42,857 bases of DNA from a virus. A model generated the notes under the pieces. The model was not told the origin of the DNA. It ran no database searches and was given only the letters and a program-made list of their open reading frames with translations. Each line of letters opens with the position of its first letter. Position 1 is the first letter of the stretch. The translations under genes were made by a program, and so were the position numbers. Shown here piece after piece: positions 34,535-40,495 of this stretch. The stretch spans positions 1 to 42,857 of the IMG/VR virus record IMGVR_UViG_3300025006_000006; one strand, written 5' to 3'.

Positions 34535-34770
34535 TGCATGTAGTCCTCGACGCGGATGGCGGCGATCGCGTCATTGAGCGAACCGCGCGGCAGGCCGTAG
34601 GTTTCGCGCGCCGCCGCCATGGCCACCAGCGCCCGCCGCGCGGCGCGCCAGCGGTACACCGCCGCCAGTCTCGGGCGCCCTTCGCGCTGGGCGGTATCGG
34701 CCAGCACCTGCTGTTCCTGACAGGCATCCGCTGCTGCCGCCATGCCCTTGAAGCTGCGCCCGCGCATCAC
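34531..34770 (-). CDS. Hypothetical protein, 79 aa
   Basis: It is a complete ORF coupled to both neighbours. Confidence 0.45.
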   Translation of the reverse strand: MMRGRSFKGMAAAADACQEQQVLADTAQREGRPRLAAVYRWRAARRALVAMAAARETYGLPRGSLNDAIAAIRVEDYMQ

Positions 34771-35342
34771 TTCACGCTCCGCAGCGGCTGGCCGTCGACC
34801 ACGCCCAGCACGTGCTGGTGGATGCTGCTTTTGAGCGTCACGGCGTAGGCCTGCAGCGCGTCCAGTTCGGCCAGCGCGGCGCTGGCGTGCGCGGCATCGC
34901 CGGCATCCATGCGGCCGTCGTCCAGCATCGGCGCCAGGCGGTTCACGGTGTCGCCCAGGTGGCGCAGCAGTTCGCCCAGCTGCTGTTGCTGGCCGGCGGG
35001 CGTGGGTTGCGGCTGCGGCGCGGCCAGTAGGCCCAGGCGGTGGCTCAGGTCCGCCAGCAGGTGGCTGCGGTACGGCTGCGGCAGCGCGAGGATCAGCGCC
35101 TCCTCGATGTCCACCGCCATGCGCACGCGGCCGTCCAGCATGCGCTTCACCGTTTGCCGGTTGGCCTCGCTGTCGGCGTAGGGGTCGGCGCTGATGGCAA
35201 AGGCCACGCTGCGCGCGTGCAGCGAGGTGCGCTGCAGGTAGATGTCCGCCACCGTCTGCGCGTAGGTGCGCTCGGTGAGCGCGCTGCGGCTGATGGCCAG
35301 CAGCACGTGCTCGGCAATGAGCTGGCTGCGCGACTCACGCAT
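34767..35342 (-). CDS. Hypothetical protein, 191 aa (MRESRSQLIA...)
   Basis: The internal ATG is at 35342, with an 8-nt overlap with the upstream gene. Confidence 0.5.
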   Translation of the reverse strand: MRESRSQLIAEHVLLAISRSALTERTYAQTVADIYLQRTSLHARSVAFAISADPYADSEANRQTVKRMLDGRVRMAVDIEEALILALPQPYRSHLLADLSHRLGLLAAPQPQPTPAGQQQQLGELLRHLGDTVNRLAPMLDDGRMDAGDAAHASAALAELDALQAYAVTLKSSIHQHVLGVVDGQPLRSVK

Positions 35343-35640
35343 GGCCGTGCACCCCGTGCACCAGCGCCAGGTCCATCGCCATGTCGGCGCTGGCCGCCTC
35401 GTAGGCATCGCACACCAGGTCGGGCGCGGTGCCCAGGCGGTACGCGCGCTGGGTCAGCATCTCGGCGATGATCGCGTGCACGCCCTCCACGGTGGCCACG
35501 CCCTCGCGGCGGATGCGGGCGTTCAACGCGCGCAGGGTCATGGCCTCGTGCGCGGTGGCATGGGTCAGGCGCGCAAAGGCGCGGCGCTGGGCCTCATTCA
35601 TCGGCGGCATGCCGTCCGTTTCCAGCTGCAGCTCAGACAT
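35335..35640 (-). CDS. Hypothetical protein, 101 aa (MSELQLETDG...)
   Basis: The internal ATG is at 35640, with an 8-nt overlap with the serine recombinase gene. Confidence 0.5.
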   Translation of the reverse strand: MSELQLETDGMPPMNEAQRRAFARLTHATAHEAMTLRALNARIRREGVATVEGVHAIIAEMLTQRAYRLGTAPDLVCDAYEAASADMAMDLALVHGVHGHA

Positions 35641-36400
35641 GCGTTGAAACCTCCGGGTCAGGCGTGGCGGGGGCGCCGGTGGCAAGCTGAGCCATCGGTA
35701 ACTTGCGGAGCGATTCGTGATGCGTGCGCAGTTCGCGCAGGGTGTTCGGGCTCCACCGGGGTTTGCCGGTGGGGCTGGGGATGTTGCGGGCGGCAAGATG
35801 TGCGGCGACGCTGCGCAGGCTGATGCCGTGCGTCATGTCTTCCACGGCATCGGCGCGCACCGGCCACGTCTCGGGGTCGCGCATCAGCCGGCGGTCGTCG
35901 CCCTCGCCCACTGCCACGCAGCCATACGGCACGTGGCCGTACACCCTGCCCTGCTCGCGCAGCGCGGCGTTGCACTCAGTGGCGCGCTGCACGGCCAGGT
36001 CGCGCTCGTACTGCGCGGCCGCCAGCTGGATGGTCAGGCTGAGCTTGCCGGCCGGCGTGCTGGAGTCGATCAGCTCGCTGATGCTGTGCACGGTGGCGCC
36101 GGTGCGCTCGGCGGTGCGGAAAAACGTGAGGCCGTCCAGCGCGTCGCGGAACAGGCGATCCAAGCGGATCACCACCACGCCCTGCGCGGTGCCGGCTTTC
36201 AGCGCGTCCAGCACCTGCCGGCCCCCTGCCCGCTTGGCCAGCGGCACGCTGGCGCTCACGCCTTCGTCGGCGATGGCGTCCACCAGCGTGTGGCCGTGCA
36301 GGTCGCAGTACGCGATCAGGCGCGCGGTCTGCTGGCCCAGGCTCACGCCATCCTTGGCCTGCTCCTCGGTGGAAACGCGGATGTAACCGACGAGCTTCAT
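35633..36400 (-). CDS. Serine recombinase, 255 aa: resolvase catalytic domain plus part of a large-serine 'recombinase' domain, with no zinc-ribbon/coiled-coil
   Basis: MKLVGYIRVSTEEQ carries the catalytic Ser. VVVIRLDRLFRD is present. GHVPYGC...PETWPVRADAVEDM...GISLRSVAAHLAARNIPSPTGKPRWSPNTL resembles the recombinase domain. The ATG is at 36400. Confidence 0.8.
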   Translation of the reverse strand: MKLVGYIRVSTEEQAKDGVSLGQQTARLIAYCDLHGHTLVDAIADEGVSASVPLAKRAGGRQVLDALKAGTAQGVVVIRLDRLFRDALDGLTFFRTAERTGATVHSISELIDSSTPAGKLSLTIQLAAAQYERDLAVQRATECNAALREQGRVYGHVPYGCVAVGEGDDRRLMRDPETWPVRADAVEDMTHGISLRSVAAHLAARNIPSPTGKPRWSPNTLRELRTHHESLRKLPMAQLATGAPATPDPEVSTHV

Positions 36401-36693
36401 GCGGCCGCCCATATGCGTGGAATGGAAACGCGCCGGGCAAAGGCGCCAGTGGGCAGCCCAACATCCAGCGTGCGCCGCGGTGCACGCGCCGCCGCAGGAA
36501 AAATGTCCTCGATGTCGATATTGGGGAGCAGCTTGGTGATCGCGATCGCGCGCCGCGGCGACGGATGGTTGCGGTTGCATTCCCAGTCCGAAACGGCCTG
36601 CTTGGTCACGCCCAGCAGATCGGCAAGCGCCTGTTGCGTGAGGTTGGCGGCTTCCCGCGCATCGCGCAGGGCGGCGTTGGGCAAGGATTTCAT
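36397..36693 (-). CDS. XRE-family HTH protein, 98 aa, second gene of the early operon and a paralogue of the Cro-like gene
   Basis: The HTH is LTQQALADLLGVTKQAVSDWECNRNHPSPRRAIAITKLLP. The ATG at 36693 overlaps the upstream stop. Confidence 0.7.
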   Translation of the reverse strand: MKSLPNAALRDAREAANLTQQALADLLGVTKQAVSDWECNRNHPSPRRAIAITKLLPNIDIEDIFPAAARAPRRTLDVGLPTGAFARRVSIPRIWAAA

Positions 36694-36914
36694 GCGGCCG
36701 CCCTGCCCGACTCGGTCGGATAGATATGCTCGATCTTGAGTCCCGGCAGCAGGCGGATCAGCGCCAGCGCCTTGCGCGGCGCCGGTTCGTCCGTGCCTGT
36801 CTCCCACCGCGACACCGCTCCCTTGCTGACGCCAAGGGCATCGGCGACGTTCTGCTGCGTGAGGCTTTTGCGCAGGCGCGCCTCTTTGATCGGATTGGGT
36901 TTCGCTGTGCTCAT
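36690..36914 (-). CDS. Cro-like XRE-family HTH repressor, 74 aa
   Basis: The HTH is LTQQNVADALGVSKGAVSRWETGTDEPAPRKALALIRLLP. It is the first gene, divergent from the cI-like gene. The ATG is at 36914. Confidence 0.75.
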   Translation of the reverse strand: MSTAKPNPIKEARLRKSLTQQNVADALGVSKGAVSRWETGTDEPAPRKALALIRLLPGLKIEHIYPTESGRAAA

Positions 36915-36993
36915 AGCTGAAGTTTCGGACAGCGCAACCCATTTGTCAAGTACAGCGCAACCACAAAGTTGCGCGCCTCTATACGCTTGCCGC
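36915..36993. promoter_or_regulatory. Immunity switch region: divergent promoters and operator repeats
   Basis: ACAGCGCAACC occurs twice (36929-36939 and 36952-36962). A palindrome GCGCAAC-n6-GTTGCGC lies at 36955-36974. The minus strand has a perfect TTGACA (36949-36944), then 17 nt, then GAAACT. The plus strand has TATACG at 36980-36985, 8 nt before the cI-like ATG. Confidence 0.6.
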
Positions 36994-37344
36994 ATGAACA
37001 CATTCGGCGGGCGGCTGCGAGCCGCTAGACATAACGCCAACCTGACTCAGGAGCGCTTGGGGGAGCGCGTAGGGGTGAGCAAGGGCGCCATCTCCCGATG
37101 GGAGAGCGATCAGGACCAACCGCAGTTCGCGGTGCTGCAGCCACTTCGGTGCGCGCTGCGGGTTTCGCTTGACGAGCTGGTTTGTGGTTACATGCAAGGC
37201 ACGGCGGGCGGCGTGGCGGACCCCTACGCCAAAAGCGACCCACCCAATACCGCTGAGTGGGCGCTGCTCGTCCATCTTCGCCGCGAACCACCGTCAAAGC
37301 TTGGCGCGTTGCTGGAATTTCTCGGGGTCCAGGTCGAATACTGA
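36994..37344 (+). CDS. cI-like XRE-family repressor, 116 aa
   Basis: The sequence MNTFGGRLRAARHNANLTQERLGERVGVSKGAISRWESDQDQP carries the HTH. It is divergent from the Cro-like gene. Confidence 0.75.
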   Translation: MNTFGGRLRAARHNANLTQERLGERVGVSKGAISRWESDQDQPQFAVLQPLRCALRVSLDELVCGYMQGTAGGVADPYAKSDPPNTAEWALLVHLRREPPSKLGALLEFLGVQVEY

Positions 37345-37361
37345 AAAATCAGGAGACAGGG

Positions 37362-37766
37362 ATGAGAGTTCCGTTGGTGATGCTGTTGGTTTCGATCAGC
37401 ACTATCGCAATGGCCGCATGTTCGGTCCGCCCCGATGGCAGCAATGGCCTGCAGCGCGCGTTCGATGTGCCGGGTGTGAAATACGAGCAGGCATATCACC
37501 GTGCCGACAGCTACTTCCGACAGTGCGTGCGCGGTTTCGTCGGTTTGAGTCCCAACGTCACCACCGGGAATATCTACGCCGATTCGAACAGTGCGGAGCT
37601 GCAGACGATGAACGGCAGCGGCATCATCGTGGCGCGCGTAAACATCGCGGCCACCACCACCGGCAGCCATGTCAATGTGGTCACGATTCGTGCGCCGGCA
37701 TGGAACGCCAAGGATCTGGACGCGATCCAAGCAGCCGTAAAAAGCGGCGATATCGTCTGCAAATAG
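37362..37766 (+). CDS. Lipoprotein (moron; candidate superinfection-exclusion / lysogenic-conversion factor), 134 aa
   Basis: An AGGAGA RBS lies at 37351. The signal peptide MRVPLVMLLVSISTIAMAAC ends in a lipobox-like AMAAC. Third-position GC is visibly lower than in the flanks. Confidence 0.7.
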   Translation: MRVPLVMLLVSISTIAMAACSVRPDGSNGLQRAFDVPGVKYEQAYHRADSYFRQCVRGFVGLSPNVTTGNIYADSNSAELQTMNGSGIIVARVNIAATTTGSHVNVVTIRAPAWNAKDLDAIQAAVKSGDIVCK

Positions 37767-37784
37767 CGTCGCCGCGCGAGCGGG

Positions 37785-38096
37785 TCAACGCTCCGCCTTG
37801 GCACACTCCGCCGTCACCGGCACCTTCGCCGCCGTCTGCCACCACCACACCAGGCACTCCATGCGCACGGCGCAGCTTTCGTATGCCGCGCGCCAGGCGC
37901 TGCCGTTCTCCACGATGTCGCGCACCTGCGCGGTGCGGCGCACGGTGGCCGCCGTGCACAACTGCATCAGCGGCGCCGGCGGGGTGAGCAGCTCAATTTT
38001 TGTGCGGGTGGTTACGGTCGGCGCAGGGGCGACCGTCGAGCACGCAGCCAACATCATCAGGCACGGCAAGATCCAGTAGCGATTTGGCTGCAGCAT
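37785..38096 (-). CDS. Outer-membrane spanin (Rz1-like lipoprotein), 103 aa
   Basis: MLQPNRYWILPCLMMLAAC carries the lipobox and is followed by a Pro-rich mature part. Its start lies inside the 3' end of the i-spanin gene. Confidence 0.7.
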   Translation of the reverse strand: MLQPNRYWILPCLMMLAACSTVAPAPTVTTRTKIELLTPPAPLMQLCTAATVRRTAQVRDIVENGSAWRAAYESCAVRMECLVWWWQTAAKVPVTAECAKAER

Positions 38097-38448
38097 TGGT
38101 CCTCTCCAGCTCGGCAAGCTTGGTGCGAATGGCGGCATCCTGCGCGGTGGCATGGCCCAGGCGTTGCTGCAGCCCGTCCAGCGCCTTGCTGTCGGTCTCG
38201 CGCAGGGCTTTGAGCCCGGCGATCGCCGCATCCTGGTCCCGGTTGGCCTGCACCTGCTGGTTGAGCGTGGCGGCCATGCCTCCCAGCTGTCCGCTGAGGT
38301 CGGTGACCGTGCGCGCCAGGCGGTGCCGCTGCAGGGTGCTGCTGACCGCGTAGCCGGCCAGCGCCACCACCAAGGCGATCAGCGCGTACTCGATCCACAG
38401 GCGCGCTCGCGCGCCGACAAAGGCCAGGGCCTTACTGAGTAGGTTCAT
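37993..38448 (-). CDS. Inner-membrane spanin (Rz-like), 151 aa
   Basis: It has an N-terminal TM, WIEYALIALVVALAGYAV, then a coiled-coil. It follows the holin gene. Confidence 0.7.
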   Translation of the reverse strand: MNLLSKALAFVGARARLWIEYALIALVVALAGYAVSSTLQRHRLARTVTDLSGQLGGMAATLNQQVQANRDQDAAIAGLKALRETDSKALDGLQQRLGHATAQDAAIRTKLAELERTNAAAKSLLDLAVPDDVGCVLDGRPCADRNHPHKN

Positions 38449-38791
38449 CGTCGTGACTCCGGTTCAAGCCGAGCTTGTTCCACACGAGCCGTTGCAGTAC
38501 CTGGATGCTGGCCGATGCGCCCAGCCAGCCGCATACGCCCACGGTCACCGCGGTCCATTGCTGGCTCAGGCCCGCGGACTGGCACAGCCACATCGCGAGC
38601 AGGCCGACAAAGCCGGCCGACGAGCCCTCCACCAGCGCCCGCCAGCCGCTCAGGCGCGCCCCGCTGTCCATCGTGCGCATGATGTAGCCCAGCACGCCGG
38701 CCACCGCCGCAAAAAACGAATACGCCGCCGCCTGCAGCCAGCCACCGGCGGCGAGCAACCAGCCACTGAACGGGCCGCCCGGCTCGATCAT
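38432..38791 (-). CDS. Holin, 119 aa, about three TM segments
   Basis: The hydrophobic segments are WLLAAGGWLQAAAYSFFAAVAGVLGYI, FVGLLAMWLC and AVTVGVCGWLGASASI. The C-terminus is charged. It lies between the endolysin and spanin genes. Confidence 0.7.
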   Translation of the reverse strand: MIEPGGPFSGWLLAAGGWLQAAAYSFFAAVAGVLGYIMRTMDSGARLSGWRALVEGSSAGFVGLLAMWLCQSAGLSQQWTAVTVGVCGWLGASASIQVLQRLVWNKLGLNRSHDDEPTQ

Positions 38792-39417
38792 GCGACGGCC
38801 GCCAGGTAGGTCTTGGGCGTGACGACCGGCGCGCGCGGCGCCGAGGCGTGGCCGCCCATGGCCATCACGTAGGCGCGGTCGATCACGCCGGTGTCGTCAT
38901 CCTGCGCGCCGTCCTGCGTGCCCATTACGCGCCGGGTCCAGCCCTTGCCGAAGGTGTCGAACGTGGCCAGGCCGCGCAGGAACTGCAGGCGGGCGTGGCA
39001 CAGCGCGTCGGTGAGCGCGGTGGTCTGGTACTGCGCGTCGTAGCGCGCCACCGCGGCCAGCGTGTAGCGCCCCGCCATGCCATCCTCATCCACACCCACG
39101 ATGCGCTGCAGCGTGCGCACGGCGCGGCCCACGCCGCTATTCACGGCAAAGTCGAACACGGCGTAGTCCACGCCGGCTGGCAGCTCGTCGCCGCGCGTGG
39201 TGTCCCAGTAGCGGTGGCGGTAAATCGCCGCGCGCTCGGCTTCGGTGCTCAGCCGCACGCTCTGCCGCGGCAGGCGCCGTGCTTCGCGGTCCTCGTCGTA
39301 CACGCGCTGGGTAATGCCGCACATGGTGGCGCCACCGGGGTCGCGCGGGTGGTTGCTCCAACCACCCTCGTAGAGCAGGGTGAGGGCCAGGCTGGCAGTG
39401 AAGTTGGCGGCGCTCAT
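38788..39417 (-). CDS. Endolysin, glycoside hydrolase family 108 with a C-terminal peptidoglycan-binding domain, 209 aa
   Basis: YEGGWSNHPRDPGGATMCGIT is the GH108 signature. It is followed by a PG_binding_3-like region. Confidence 0.85.
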   Translation of the reverse strand: MSAANFTASLALTLLYEGGWSNHPRDPGGATMCGITQRVYDEDREARRLPRQSVRLSTEAERAAIYRHRYWDTTRGDELPAGVDYAVFDFAVNSGVGRAVRTLQRIVGVDEDGMAGRYTLAAVARYDAQYQTTALTDALCHARLQFLRGLATFDTFGKGWTRRVMGTQDGAQDDDTGVIDRAYVMAMGGHASAPRAPVVTPKTYLAAVA

Positions 39418-39483
39418 GGCGGCCAGCGTGGCGGCCCGTGCGCGCCGAATCCATGCGGGGATGTGCCAGCGCGATGGCGCTGC

Positions 39484-39657
39484 TCAGTGGCCCTTGCTTG
39501 CCGCAATCGCCGCGCGCACTTCATCCTGCCAGCGCTGCGCCGCGTCGGTCCGCGCCTCCATCTCGGCGATGCGCGACTTGAGCGAGCGCACCTCACGGCG
39601 CCCGGCGGCCGCAGCCAGCACCAGGGCGATGGCCAGCGCGATCACCGCCGCGATCAC
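39484..39657 (-). CDS. Small single-TM / coiled-coil protein, 57 aa (GTG start), not in the ORF track
   Basis: My own translation is VIAAVIALAIALVLAAAAGRREVRSLKSRIAEMEARTDAAQRWQDEVRAAIAASKGH. The GTG at 39657-39655 overlaps the upstream TGA (GTGA). It lies just upstream of the endolysin gene. Confidence 0.5.
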   Translation of the reverse strand: MIAAVIALAIALVLAAAAGRREVRSLKSRIAEMEARTDAAQRWQDEVRAAIAASKGH

Positions 39658-39962
39658 GGCAGCGGCTCCCGCGACAGCACGATGCGCTCGCGCGCCAGCT
39701 GCGCCACGTAGCCGGCAGCCACCGGTGCCACCGTGCCGGCGAACGCCTGCATCAGATTGCCCGCCGTGTCGTGCGTGTAGATCCGGCGCAGGCTGTCCAG
39801 CAGTCCCGCCTGGTTGAGCCGCACGGCCTGCGCGAAGAGCTGGTCGGCCAGCGTGGCGTCCGCCTGCGCCTGCACGTCGACGCCGACGATGAAGCTGGTC
39901 AGCATCGCCAGGTCGTCGGGGTTCACGTTGGCGAGGAAGGTCGGGTAGTCGATGACGGCCAT
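39654..39962 (-). CDS. Hypothetical protein, 102 aa (MAVIDYPTFL...)
   Basis: The ATG is at 39962 with an AAGGAGA RBS. The track N-terminal extension is rejected. Confidence 0.55.
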   Translation of the reverse strand: MAVIDYPTFLANVNPDDLAMLTSFIVGVDVQAQADATLADQLFAQAVRLNQAGLLDSLRRIYTHDTAGNLMQAFAGTVAPVAAGYVAQLARERIVLSREPLP

Positions 39963-39972
39963 CGTGGTCTCC

Positions 39973-40488
39973 TTACAGCCCGAGGGTGGCGAGCTTGGCC
40001 GCCGTGTCGATCTGCGCCTGCAGCGCATTGGCGTAGCCGGCGGCGATGCGGGCCAGCTCGCCCTGCGTGTAGATCCACGCCTGATCGGCGGCGGTGTCGT
40101 AGTAGCCCGTGCCGTAGGCTGGCGTGCCGGTGGGCGCGCCGCTGCCGCTGGTCCAGCCTGCCGGCAGGTTCGCGGCACTGATGGTTTCGCCGCCCTGCGG
40201 CATGTATCGGCACCAGGCGTCGTAGAGGCAGTGCGTGCCGATCATCACGCCGGAGAGCGCAATGCTGTTCGTGCCATCAGTGCCGCTGACCGGCACGGCG
40301 GTGTGCGTGTCGAGCACGGGCACGCCCTGCGCGTCGATCAGCAGCGCCCAGCCGGAGACGACCAGCGTCTGGCCGTCGTTGCTCACCGTCGTCAATGGCA
40401 CGCGGCAGTAGCCGGCGGCGATGGCGAAGTCGAAAACGGGCTTGCCGCTCGGCCGGTTGGGGATGCTGGTGACAGGGGTTGCGCTCAT
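39973..40488 (-). CDS. Tail fibre accessory / assembly protein by position, 171 aa
   Basis: The ATG is at 40488 with a GAGGA RBS. It lies immediately downstream of the tail fibre gene. Confidence 0.5.
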   Translation of the reverse strand: MSATPVTSIPNRPSGKPVFDFAIAAGYCRVPLTTVSNDGQTLVVSGWALLIDAQGVPVLDTHTAVPVSGTDGTNSIALSGVMIGTHCLYDAWCRYMPQGGETISAANLPAGWTSGSGAPTGTPAYGTGYYDTAADQAWIYTQGELARIAAGYANALQAQIDTAAKLATLGL

Positions 40489-40495
40489 GGAGTCC

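Noticed and set aside
39414-39596. A 60-aa track ORF (MRCARSSRASPRWRRG...).
   Set aside because: It has Arg-rich noise composition. Another frame on the same strand gives a coherent TM plus helix protein with a coupled GTG start.
13-39711. Many long plus-strand ORFs antisense to the structural and early genes. Examples are 13-882, 870-2435, 2469-4262, 4190-7396 (1,068 aa), 8565-10430, 11105-12376, 12793-13890, 14417-16015, 25223-26917, 28416-29612, 31578-32717, 35717-36739 and 38848-39711.
   Set aside because: These are shadow ORFs typical of high-GC DNA. Their products are monotonous Arg/Ala/Gly/His/Val-rich strings with no motifs. Each lies opposite a minus-strand gene with clear family signatures and coupled starts and stops.
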